IMG/VR virus record: IMGVR_UViG_3300025875_000070
Coordinates: 1 to 35,874 of that record
Strand: one strand, 5' to 3'
DNA length: 35,874 nt
DNA from: a virus
Taxonomy: Duplodnaviria; Caudoviricetes
The stretch's first letter is position 1. Each line of letters opens with the position of its first letter. Under the pieces are notes generated by a model. It ran no database searches, was not told the origin of the DNA, and saw nothing but the letters and a program-made list of their open reading frames with translations. The translations under genes were made by a program, and so were the position numbers. Shown here piece by piece: positions 1 to 7,256 of the stretch.

Positions 1-363
1 GGTGAGGCCAAGCTGCGCGGCGAAGTCTGCCGCAATCTTGGAATTCTCGGGATCGCCGCTGAACGCGGTGCAAACGTGGGTCGCGCCCGCTTGCTTGGCC
101 TTGACCATCGTGTGCAGCATCTTGGACCAATCCATGACGGTGGCGCCCGTGCTGTCCGCTTTACCCTCAAAGGCCGACGCGTACATGATGCGGTAATCGG
201 TACCTGCGGGAATTTCCGCCACGATAGCATCGATAATCTTTTGCCCGTGATCGGACTTCGTGGGGGCCGCGACGGTTTCGGTAATTTCCACCCGCGCGTC
301 AGCCTTGGGTGTGCCCGCGTCGACAACAGCCAGGACAACAGCGGCAAGAACGGAAAGGGTCAT
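1..363 (-). CDS. Partial ORF (runs off the window edge); putative compact subtilisin-like (S8) peptidase
   Basis: Not in the ORF track. Hand translation from ATG at 363: MTLSVLAAVVLAVVDAGTPK...SDHGQKIIDAIVAEIP...AKQAGATHVCTAFSG...AADFAAQLGLT. LAVVDAG and DHGQ resemble the S8 Asp and His motifs. GGAG RBS at 372-375. The catalytic Ser region is outside the window. Confidence 0.5.
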   Translation of the reverse strand, partial: MTLSVLAAVVLAVVDAGTPKADARVEITETVAAPTKSDHGQKIIDAIVAEIPAGTDYRIMYASAFEGKADSTGATVMDWSKMLHTMVKAKQAGATHVCTAFSGDPENSKIAADFAAQLGLT

Positions 364-408
364 TTACTTAACTCCAAAAGCGTTTCGGTCCCCCGCATAT
401 GAGGGTAA

Positions 409-424
409 TTGACGGGTCCGTCAA
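409..424 (-). promoter_or_regulatory. Palindromic operator on the -35 box of a leftward promoter (copy 1)
   Basis: TTGACGGGTCCGTCAA. On the - strand it reads TTGACG-17 nt-CATATG, upstream of the ORF starting at 363. Confidence 0.75.
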
Positions 425-699
425 CTATTATTTTCCGCTTCCAGCCAGGCAACAAGCATCTTTTCGCGCCCAAGCATGAGCGACGCAATGTACCGGTGCC
501 GGCCGTCCCACAGCAAAAACCGCCCGCCTTCCCATCGCCCGACCGGGAGAGGGTACGCTTGCGCTTCCTTAATCGCCGTGAATTGCGTTATTTTTTCCTT
601 GACTTCGGTAATGCTCATGGCCGCCCCCGTCATGGGGAAAACCACGTCGGCGGTGCGGACGTAACCCGTCTTAAGCACCTGCCCGGCTGGAATTATCAT
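421..699 (-). CDS. ParB/Srx-like N-terminal domain protein
   Basis: FLLWDGRHRYIASLMLG matches the ParB/sulfiredoxin DGxHR-x2-A-x3-LG motif; 4-bp overlap with the upstream ORF. Confidence 0.65.
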   Translation of the reverse strand: MIIPAGQVLKTGYVRTADVVFPMTGAAMSITEVKEKITQFTAIKEAQAYPLPVGRWEGGRFLLWDGRHRYIASLMLGREKMLVAWLEAENNS

Positions 700-863
700 C
701 GGTCAAAATCCCGTCTCGCTGCGTTGAAGCGCGCCACGGCGCCCACGATCGAAGGCTTTGCGCTACCGCGGCAGGCTTCGGCAAGGACAACCCCCGCGTG
801 CGCTAGCTGGCGCAAATAGGCGTTTTCCCGGCGCAAGTTGGCGATCGTTTCCCGGTCGAGCAC
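696..863 (-). CDS. Hypothetical protein
   Basis: Frame of track ORF 696..962; GTG at 863 preceded by AAGGTG; overlaps the next start. Confidence 0.5.
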   Translation of the reverse strand: MLDRETIANLRRENAYLRQLAHAGVVLAEACRGSAKPSIVGAVARFNAARRDFDR

Positions 864-985
864 TCTATCACCTTCCGTAAATTGACGGGGCGACGCAACC
901 TGTCCCGTAAATGTGGCCAGACTAATATGAACCAATGTTTTACTGTTCAGTCTGCGGGCCAATTACCGCCGCCCCTATACGAGAC

Positions 986-1177
986 CTAAAGGCCCGTAAT
1001 TTCGTTGTCCTCGTAAAAGATCGTCCAGCCCGCCCGGCGACCGCGCCGCCCCATCTCGCTCAGGCAATCAGCAGCCACAGCAGCCGGGCATCGTTGGGTT
1101 TTGCACGCACCTGTGCAGGCACACAGCCCTTGGGTCGCAAGCTGGTAGGCAGTTTTGGCCTCGGATCGCTCAGTCAT
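986..1177 (-). CDS. Small Cys-rich hypothetical protein
   Basis: CACTGACKTQRC; overlaps the stop of the upstream ORF. Confidence 0.5.
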   Translation of the reverse strand: MTERSEAKTAYQLATQGLCACTGACKTQRCPAAVAADCLSEMGRRGRRAGWTIFYEDNEITGL

Positions 1178-1451
1178 TGGTCGGTCCTTGGATGGCGGCG
1201 CGGGCGATCTCTTTGACCTTGCGGACGATCATAAACGTCCAGTCTACGGCAGGCCCTTCGTGCGCCACGCCATCAAGGTGCAAGATGTTCGGGCCATCGT
1301 CCTCCTGAATGGGCAGGTCACGCAGAACAGTCAGCGCCGCCTCAAGCTGCTCCACGCGGGCGCGGAGGGTGGCGATCTCGTCGGCGGCGGTATAACAATC
1401 TCCGTAAGTGACGTTTCCGGAACGCAACTGTTCGGTCAGGTCCATGCTCAT
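1170..1451 (-). CDS. Hypothetical phage protein
   Basis: GGAG RBS, ATGA overlap, and an AADEIATLRARVEQLE coiled-coil segment typical of small phage proteins. Confidence 0.65.
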   Translation of the reverse strand: MSMDLTEQLRSGNVTYGDCYTAADEIATLRARVEQLEAALTVLRDLPIQEDDGPNILHLDGVAHEGPAVDWTFMIVRKVKEIARAAIQGPTND

Positions 1452-1981
1452 CTCTCCTCCTGTTCGGCAGCGAGGGCGGCTACATCACGCCAGAACATCT
1501 TCGCCGGGTCGCTAAACGTGCTCGGGTAGTACGCTTCCGCGATGGTGTTGCCGGAAGCGATGACGCTAAGCCGGGATCGCGCGCCTATTAGATCAGCTTG
1601 CAGCCTAGCTTGCTCATGGGATGCAATCGCTTCCCGAACCGGGATCATCTTGCGCTCGGGGCAGCAAGTGAAGGCAGCCGGTGAAGTGGCGTGAATCCAT
1701 GCCACGGACTTCGTGGTCCCGCATCCGGTGCAAACCTTGGCCTCTGCGTCGTCATCCAATTCGGTGATGCCGGGGAGTTCGTCCACCGCCTCGCTTGGCG
1801 CGGGTGCAGAAGCGCGGAGGGCGGCACCGGCTTTGAAAGCGTCGATAATTTGCTGGCCGGTGTAGGCGAGGCCAGGGTTTCCGCGATGGTCAGTCAGCCG
1901 TAGCGGCTCGTCAATCCTGAGCAGATGATCCGATGCCAGCCCCACCACATCGGCAGCGGGCGCGTTGTCAGGGGTGGTCAT
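1448..1981 (-). CDS. Hypothetical protein with a CxxC...CC motif
   Basis: Probable start MTTPDN at 1981 (ATGA overlap with the DUF1643 stop); CTGC...TCCP. Confidence 0.6.
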   Translation of the reverse strand: MTTPDNAPAADVVGLASDHLLRIDEPLRLTDHRGNPGLAYTGQQIIDAFKAGAALRASAPAPSEAVDELPGITELDDDAEAKVCTGCGTTKSVAWIHATSPAAFTCCPERKMIPVREAIASHEQARLQADLIGARSRLSVIASGNTIAEAYYPSTFSDPAKMFWRDVAALAAEQEER

Positions 1982-2469
1982 TGGGGGCCCCAAGGTTGAA
2001 GCTGTCGGGAATACGGCAGCATTAGAGGGTGGCAGGGGTGCCCGTCCTTTGCCGGCTCCCCGATGGAGTGTAGCTGCCGGCCCATTTCGTCGGCCATACG
2101 CACAACCGTTCGCCAGCGACCGCGCAGCAGCTTTGGTAGCTTCCCCGATGCGCCCCATGCCACCACGATCATATCGGCTTCACTCATGATCGCGCGCAGA
2201 TGCTCGTCGTTGTCTGGACCTACCGGATCGGCCGCCGTCGCGAGTTCGTGCACGTCTGTTGCTCGATAGGCGAACAGGTTGCCGACGATGATGTGGCCCC
2301 ACCCGTTGCGCTCCCCGAAGCCTAGCAGCTTGCGGATCGTCGCATCGTTCTGCGTAGCGTCGGCCGTGGATGGGTTCACCATGATGACAGCGACCGCGTC
2401 CTGCCGGAATCCCGGCGCCCGCTCCAGTCGATAGCGATAGGTGCCGCAAGGGGAGATAATAGCGCTCAC
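1978..2469 (-). CDS. DUF1643 family protein
   Basis: AIISPCGTYRYRL, IMVNPSTADA, DATIRK, GNLFAYRAT, VVAWG and HPL are characteristic of DUF1643. Confidence 0.85.
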   Translation of the reverse strand: MSAIISPCGTYRYRLERAPGFRQDAVAVIMVNPSTADATQNDATIRKLLGFGERNGWGHIIVGNLFAYRATDVHELATAADPVGPDNDEHLRAIMSEADMIVVAWGASGKLPKLLRGRWRTVVRMADEMGRQLHSIGEPAKDGHPCHPLMLPYSRQLQPWGPQ

Positions 2470-2612
2470 TTCTCGTCCCTCCGCTCGGGTGCCGTGGAGA
2501 GGGCGGCGTCGATCTTGTCGGCAATCGCCTTGTTGCGCTCGGCCTTCGCCAGCGTGTCGCCACCGATATACTCCTGCTCGACTATAGGCGGGGTTCTACC
2601 GTCGCTTGTCAC
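2466..2612 (-). CDS. 48-aa hypothetical protein
   Basis: Below the track cutoff: MTSDGRTPPIVEQEYIGGDTLAKAERNKAIADKIDAALSTAPERRDEK. GTGA overlaps at both ends fill the gap exactly. Confidence 0.55.
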   Translation of the reverse strand: MTSDGRTPPIVEQEYIGGDTLAKAERNKAIADKIDAALSTAPERRDEK

Positions 2613-3106
2613 GCCATCACCCTCCCCTGCACGCGCCGCCGCAGCATCGCGCCGATTGATCCGAAGCCGAGAAGCATCATGGCCCAGGCAGAAGGCTCGG
2701 GAATGGCCGGAACCTCACCCACGGGGGCGCCAGGAACCCCGCCCGGCCCCGCGATCGGCACGATCCCGTCCGCACCGCCAGAACTGCAGAAAGCGATGCA
2801 AACCGCCGCGCCGGTCGCCGCCAGCCCTCCAATAAGCGCCCAATCGGTACCAGCCGAGACGGACACTGGCGCCGGGCTAAATGCCGTGAACGCAGGTTCG
2901 ATCGCCGGCACGCGCAGGTCGATAGGGGGTAGCACGTCCAGAATAACCGGCGCCCGGCTGGCCTGCAGGGCAACCAGTTCCGCCGCGTCGGCGATCGCCG
3001 CGACATTCTCGGCAGGTACGCGACCCAGGTCCGCGCCACCGTCGGCGAGCGCGGGGAGCGGAGCGACCAGGACAGCCGCAGCGAGCAAAAGTGAAAAACG
3101 GGGCAT
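2609..3106 (-). CDS. Secreted PEP-CTERM (PEPxxWA-CTERM) sorting-domain protein
   Basis: Signal peptide MPRFSLLLAAAVLVAPLPALA; C-terminal IPEPSAWAMMLLGFGSIGAMLRRR (PEP motif, transmembrane segment, Arg cluster); AAGGA RBS before ATG at 3106. Confidence 0.9.
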   Translation of the reverse strand: MPRFSLLLAAAVLVAPLPALADGGADLGRVPAENVAAIADAAELVALQASRAPVILDVLPPIDLRVPAIEPAFTAFSPAPVSVSAGTDWALIGGLAATGAAVCIAFCSSGGADGIVPIAGPGGVPGAPVGEVPAIPEPSAWAMMLLGFGSIGAMLRRRVQGRVMA

Positions 3107-3148
3107 AGGAGCGTTTCCTTGTTTCGATTTAAGACGCCCTAAGTCCAA

Positions 3149-3164
3149 ATGACGGGGCCGTCAA
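3149..3164 (-). promoter_or_regulatory. Palindromic operator/-35 (copy 2), promoter of the PEP-CTERM operon
   Basis: ATGACGGGGCCGTCAA; on the - strand TTGACG-17 nt-TAGGGC. Confidence 0.75.
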
Positions 3165-3171
3165 CAAGATT

Positions 3172-3957
3172 TTAAAACGGGCAATCGTCAATCGGCGGCA
3201 ATACCTCACCCACCAGCCAGGCGGGGGGTACAAAATAGGGCACGGTGCCAGCTATCGTGGCCGGGTCGTGCGTGGGCTCGGGTTCCTCATAGCCCCGATG
3301 GACCAGCAGCCAATGCTGCCGCACATCGTTGGACTGATCGGCCCGGATCTTGGCCAGCCGCGCGTGCTGCTCGGCCAGGTTGTCAAGCTGCGTCTGCCCC
3401 GTGATGTGCTGGACACAAAGCGTGTTCGGATGGCCATCCGGCGTATGCGGGCAATTATGGCCCGCCTGCAGCCCGTCCAGATCCAGCCCGTGAATGAATA
3501 CGCCGGCCCAACGATGCGCAAACCATCGCCGGCCCTCAAACCAAAAGCTGCCGTAGACCGCCGAATTACCGCGGCCCTGCGTTTTACCGCCGATCCACAA
3601 GACGCACCCGGTTTCCGGCTGGAACTGGCATTTTTCGCGGAACCGTTCGATCGCCGAGATCGGGAGCAGGCGACCCATTGCGTCACGAGGGCAACGCTCC
3701 ATGCCAGACGGGAAGGTCACGGTTGGGCCTTGGCGGCTAGTTCGCGCAGTCTGCCGCAAATGGGCCTCATACTCCGGCGCCATTTCCGTATTCCCGTTGT
3801 CGAACGGGGGCTCTTGCTCCCGGGCCACCCGGTCCCGCGCGACCAGTTCCAGCCGGGCCAACGCTGCCCTCTCGTGCAGGTCGTCCAGGGCCCCCGCATC
3901 GCCGGCCGGGAAGTCAAGCCGCTCGGCCGCTTCGATCAGGGCCTTAATCGCGCTCAT
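3172..3957 (-). CDS. HNH / His-Me finger endonuclease
   Basis: GCVLWIGG...YGSF...AHR...GHNCP...NTLCVQHI...DN pattern of phage HNH endonucleases; start MSAIK at 3957 via ATGA overlap. Confidence 0.75.
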   Translation of the reverse strand: MSAIKALIEAAERLDFPAGDAGALDDLHERAALARLELVARDRVAREQEPPFDNGNTEMAPEYEAHLRQTARTSRQGPTVTFPSGMERCPRDAMGRLLPISAIERFREKCQFQPETGCVLWIGGKTQGRGNSAVYGSFWFEGRRWFAHRWAGVFIHGLDLDGLQAGHNCPHTPDGHPNTLCVQHITGQTQLDNLAEQHARLAKIRADQSNDVRQHWLLVHRGYEEPEPTHDPATIAGTVPYFVPPAWLVGEVLPPIDDCPF

Positions 3958-4106
3958 ACCCCGTAATCCTCGGGGCACCAGCAGCCCCCGCCGCACTCCG
4001 AGTCGCCGCATTCACAGATAGGCGAGGCGTCCAGTACGTCCCACAGCACAATGACGGCCAGAATAATAAACGGCACGCCGATCAACCATAAGTCCCAACA
4101 ATCCAT
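3954..4106 (-). CDS. 50-aa membrane peptide with a Cys-rich acidic tail
   Basis: Below the track cutoff: MDCWDLWLIGVPFIILAVIVLWDVLDASPICECGDSECGGGCWCPEDYGV. AAAGGA RBS; stop overlaps the HNH start. Confidence 0.7.
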   Translation of the reverse strand: MDCWDLWLIGVPFIILAVIVLWDVLDASPICECGDSECGGGCWCPEDYGV

Positions 4107-4141
4107 GGCAGTTTCCTTTCGTCCACCTGCCTACGCTGGAA

Positions 4142-4157
4142 TTGACGGGCCTGTCAA
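4142..4157 (-). promoter_or_regulatory. Palindromic operator/-35 (copy 3)
   Basis: TTGACGGGCCTGTCAA; on the - strand TTGACA-18 nt-TAGGCA; overlaps the terminase small subunit stop. Confidence 0.7.
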
Positions 4158-5044
4158 TCCTCTTGTGGGGAATACCCTTGCCCATGCGGGCGCTTGCCTT
4201 CGTTGCGAGGATCGGCCTTGTTGGCGGCAAGACGACCGGCGACAAAGTCCTGATACTTTTTGCTCGCCTCCTGCGGGTCCATCTTTGCCAGATCCGCCAC
4301 GGCCACTAGCTGCTTGATCGTACCGGACACGTCGACCTTGTCCGTAAAGGCCCCCATGATCCGCCCGGCCATTTCCAGCGCCTTTTGCTGGTCGGCCATG
4401 ATGATTTCATACCCGTCGCGCTTCGCCTTCACGCCGCCGTACAGCAGCAACGCCTGGTCGCTCAAATTGTCCGTGTCGCGCGGCACGAACCGTTCGATGC
4501 CCTCGCCATGGCACTCGGGACAGTCGGGATGCGGCGGCTTGGTGGCGTTATAGCCGAAACCACCCGCTATGTCCGGCAGGTCCACATCATCGGCTGCGGC
4601 GGCCCCTATGACGCCCTTGCGGCGCAACTTGGCCGTCTCTTTCTCGGCCTTGGCGATCGCGTCCAGGTACTCACGCTCGCGCCAGTGGTACCCATGCCCC
4701 TCGCCATGACAGAAGCGACACGCCCCGATCTTGAGCCCGATCAGTTCGCGGGGGTCCGCAGTCGCTATATCCACGAACCGGCGTAGCAGCCAACCGACAT
4801 TCGCGACGGCTGGCGAATTGACGCGCTGCGTTTCCATAAGGGCCGCTATTTCGTCCTGCACGGCCTGCCGGTGGAACATCTTATGCCCGAGCACCAGCGC
4901 CGACCCATAAGTCACATCTGGCCCGTAGGCGTGCTTATAGGCCTGCGCCTGGTTGCGATGGACGGCCCAATGCTCGGCAAAAAGCTGCTCTTGCGCATTG
5001 CACGACCCGCGACGGGCCGAAGGCACTAGGGGCTTATCGGACAT
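4154..5044 (-). CDS. Terminase small subunit with zinc-finger insertions
   Basis: N-terminal QEQLFAEHW...NQAQAYKHAYG HTH, IATADPREL, CRFCHG, CPECHGEG, LYGGVK, DQQKALEMAGRIMGAF, and C-terminal DPQEASKKY. Confidence 0.8.
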   Translation of the reverse strand: MSDKPLVPSARRGSCNAQEQLFAEHWAVHRNQAQAYKHAYGPDVTYGSALVLGHKMFHRQAVQDEIAALMETQRVNSPAVANVGWLLRRFVDIATADPRELIGLKIGACRFCHGEGHGYHWREREYLDAIAKAEKETAKLRRKGVIGAAAADDVDLPDIAGGFGYNATKPPHPDCPECHGEGIERFVPRDTDNLSDQALLLYGGVKAKRDGYEIIMADQQKALEMAGRIMGAFTDKVDVSGTIKQLVAVADLAKMDPQEASKKYQDFVAGRLAANKADPRNEGKRPHGQGYSPQED

Positions 5045-5052
5045 ACCGCCAA

Positions 5053-5081
5053 CAATTGTGGCGGATGCGTCAATTTGTCAA
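5053..5081 (-). promoter_or_regulatory. Putative promoter of the terminase small subunit gene (near-leaderless)
   Basis: TTGACA-17 nt-CAATTG ending 8 nt before the ATG; no clear SD; inverted repeat CCGCCA...TGGCGG at 5046-5064. Confidence 0.4.
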
Positions 5082-5098
5082 CTTAAAATAAGCGTTAA

Positions 5099-5323
5099 TT
5101 AGCGAACCCGCCAGCAACGGTAAGTGCCGTCACTGTGCTGGGCCACCAGGAACGACCGCCCGTGACGCTTGCCCCACGCGTTCGCACTCGCACGTGTCAC
5201 GCCGAGATTATGAATATGCACCGCAAAACTATCGTTCACGGCCATGTCGGGCCAGGGGTACTTGCAGCGCGATCCGTGGTGGCGCGAAGCGGGGGCGGGC
5301 GGGGGAATGTCGTTGCGTAACAT
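5099..5323 (-). CDS. Small conserved phage protein (KYPWxxMxVxDSF type), possibly DNA-binding
   Basis: KYPWPDMAVNDSFAV...YRCWRV; ATG at 5323 lies 6 nt downstream of TTGACC-17-CATAGA. Confidence 0.7.
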   Translation of the reverse strand: MLRNDIPPPAPASRHHGSRCKYPWPDMAVNDSFAVHIHNLGVTRASANAWGKRHGRSFLVAQHSDGTYRCWRVR

Positions 5324-5329
5324 ACACAA

Positions 5330-5358
5330 TCTATGTCGTTTGAATTGGGGCAGGTCAA
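5330..5358 (-). promoter_or_regulatory. Putative promoter producing a leaderless mRNA
   Basis: TTGACC (5358-5353)-17 nt-CATAGA (5335-5330), followed by the ATG at 5323. Confidence 0.5.
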
Positions 5359-5469
5359 GCGCAATGTTATGGGGGTATTCCGTCAACCTACTAACCTCTT
5401 GAAATCCTTACCTATTTAGCTTTGTATAAGAGTATTTACCCTATTACCTCTAAAATATGTAAATTGCAT

Positions 5470-5501
<32 letters not shown>

Positions 5502-5529
5502 TCAAAGACTTGCGCGCTTCTCGGGGTAT

Positions 5530-5655
5530 CGAGGTAAACCGTCAACTTTCGGGTTTTTTAGCTGGTTTTTCAATTGCTTACGGTTACCCCAACGGGGGCA
5601 CCCCGAACGGTTTTCGATCGGGGTAACCGTCAAGCCGAGGTAAACCGTCAACTTT
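5530..5655. repeat. 20-bp direct repeats flanking an 11-bp inverted repeat; candidate origin or packaging site
   Basis: CGAGGTAAACCGTCAACTTT at 5530-5549 and 5636-5655; ACGGTTACCCC (5580-5590) pairs with GGGGTAACCGT (5620-5630). The function is inferred. Confidence 0.8.
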
Positions 5656-5836
5656 TCGTTAAATTAACGCGGCCACCGATACCGATTGGCGCGGATAAAT
5701 TGCGCTAATTCCCGGCGCGTTAATTGCCGCGCCCCCAAATTAACGGAATGTCGTAATGGGGAAAGCTGTTCGTCCAGGTCGTCGACGACCATATGGCAGC
5801 AAAGCATGCGTTACCGACGTAAACAGCCCGGGGGCG

Positions 5837-6544
5837 TCAACTAATCAGTCGGCATGCCCCATTTACGCTTTCGACTCGTTCAACCAGGATAGCCGCGCGC
5901 GCCTCTTTACTGGCCGGCTGGTACGTCCCGCGCCAGGCGCTATCAATCCCGATGTTACGCCCTACGTTTGTGCTGTCCCCGCTAGCGTATGGCAAGTGCC
6001 GAAATATCGTGGCGTTTAAGGCGCGCAAGCCGTGAAGCTTGCAAATCGGGTATCCGTCGCTGTCGACGACATGGGGCAGCACGGTGCGCATACGCTCGAG
6101 ATAACGCGCCGGGGTGGACGCATCGTATTGGCCGCTCGAGCCGATGGCCACCCGCGGCCAGGTGCGGCACAGGCGCACAAGCCGTTCGATGCTTTCGTTG
6201 GTATGCCAAACGACGGCGCTTTCGGCCGCAGGGAAGGGCCATGCGTCAATTAGGGCATCGTTTTCCTGTTCGGTCCCTTCGATCACGTCGGGCACCACGG
6301 CAAAGTCGAACCCCGGGTGGCGGCGCCAATCCGCGACGAACACGAAATACGGCGACCAATCGAGCACAGGGCGGCCGGCACGCCAGGCGGCAAACGCCCC
6401 ATTATCGAGCGCGAACGATTGACACTCCTGCGCGACCAACCGGATTTGCTGGGGCGTCCAGAAAGACACGAACCCATGTCGGGCTTTCAGGACGCGCAGC
6501 GCGCAAGTATCCGGGGTAATTGGCGTGCCGTGATAGTGTATCAT
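5837..6544 (-). CDS. TGT/DpdA-like TIM-barrel protein (putative DNA base transglycosylase)
   Basis: FALDNGAF (cf. DSGxF of TGT/DpdA), VVPDVI, VWH, VAIGS, LHGL and ASGDST occur in TGT order; coupled by ATGA overlap to the QueF-L-like gene. Confidence 0.55.
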   Translation of the reverse strand: MIHYHGTPITPDTCALRVLKARHGFVSFWTPQQIRLVAQECQSFALDNGAFAAWRAGRPVLDWSPYFVFVADWRRHPGFDFAVVPDVIEGTEQENDALIDAWPFPAAESAVVWHTNESIERLVRLCRTWPRVAIGSSGQYDASTPARYLERMRTVLPHVVDSDGYPICKLHGLRALNATIFRHLPYASGDSTNVGRNIGIDSAWRGTYQPASKEARAAILVERVESVNGACRLIS

Positions 6545-6795
6545 CCCCGGCGCGTCTCGATTTCAACGCCATGATGGAAAGCGCGCAAGCCTTGCTCGCC
6601 GCCGAACCGCTCGTACAGCATGTCGGCGATATTTTCGTGGTACGGCTTCTCGAGCGTAAGGGCGTGCTCGCCGGCGGCAATGATATCCTCCACCATGATT
6701 GTTCGCCCGGTTTCTAATTTCAGCGTGTAGCTGATCGCCCGGCCGTTATTCGGGCACGGTACCCAAAAGCGATAGCGGTAAATATTCAGGTTCAT
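6541..6795 (-). CDS. QueF-like (QueF-L) single T-fold protein
   Basis: Start MNLNIY at 6795 after AAGGA. FxVxCPxNG (catalytic Cys), IMVE, YHENIADML and C-terminal GVEIET resemble QueF-L; the NADPH-binding E(S/L)K(S/A)hK motif of true QueF is absent. Confidence 0.6.
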   Translation of the reverse strand: MNLNIYRYRFWVPCPNNGRAISYTLKLETGRTIMVEDIIAAGEHALTLEKPYHENIADMLYERFGGEQGLRAFHHGVEIETRRG

Positions 6796-6887
6796 GAGAC
6801 GTTCCTTTTCTAACCTCTTTATGCTGGACGAAATAGGAGCCGATCGGTATTCACGAAGCACCCGATGCAGGCCGCCGATGGGATGCG

Positions 6888-7256
6888 TTACCGTTCCTCG
6901 GCCTCTTTTGCTTGCACGTTCCGCGCGGGTGGCGGGCCGTTCCATTGGGCGGCCCGCCCTAGCACGATCACCACGCTCTTAAGCCCGGCCGCTTCCAGCA
7001 CATCGCCGCACGACCCGCAAACGAAGTTGTGGCCGTATACATAGGCCACCCCGCCGCGCGCCTGGTCGCCGGCCCGAGCCGCCGCCACCTGTTCCGCATG
7101 CCCGCCCTGCTGGCAGATCGTGGCGCACTTGGCATAGCCCTCGCCGGGAAGCCGCGGGCATGTCTTTTGCGGCCGTGCGCATTCGTTCGACCCGAACCAC
7201 TGGCGGCCATCGGGAGCGCGGATAATGCACGTCACGGTTCGCTTGGCGCAGGTCAC
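6888..7256 (-). CDS. Zinc-dependent cytidine/dCMP deaminase-like protein
   Basis: CAKRTV...GSN...CPR...HAEQ...VCGSC gives the HxE and CxxC deaminase motifs plus a dCMP-deaminase-like N-terminus. Confidence 0.8.
   Translation of the reverse strand: MTCAKRTVTCIIRAPDGRQWFGSNECARPQKTCPRLPGEGYAKCATICQQGGHAEQVAAARAGDQARGGVAYVYGHNFVCGSCGDVLEAAGLKSVVIVLGRAAQWNGPPPARNVQAKEAEER

Noticed and set aside
882-898. Eighth operator copy (TTGACGGGGCGACGCAA)
   Set aside because: Only one good half-site, wrong spacing and no convincing -10; at most a degenerate site.
6796-6887. Possible preQ1 riboswitch upstream of the QueF-L-like gene (AGAGGTT... on the - strand)
   Set aside because: It lacks the preQ1-I loop, the complementary stem and the A-rich tail; only a weak hairpin around the RBS is present.
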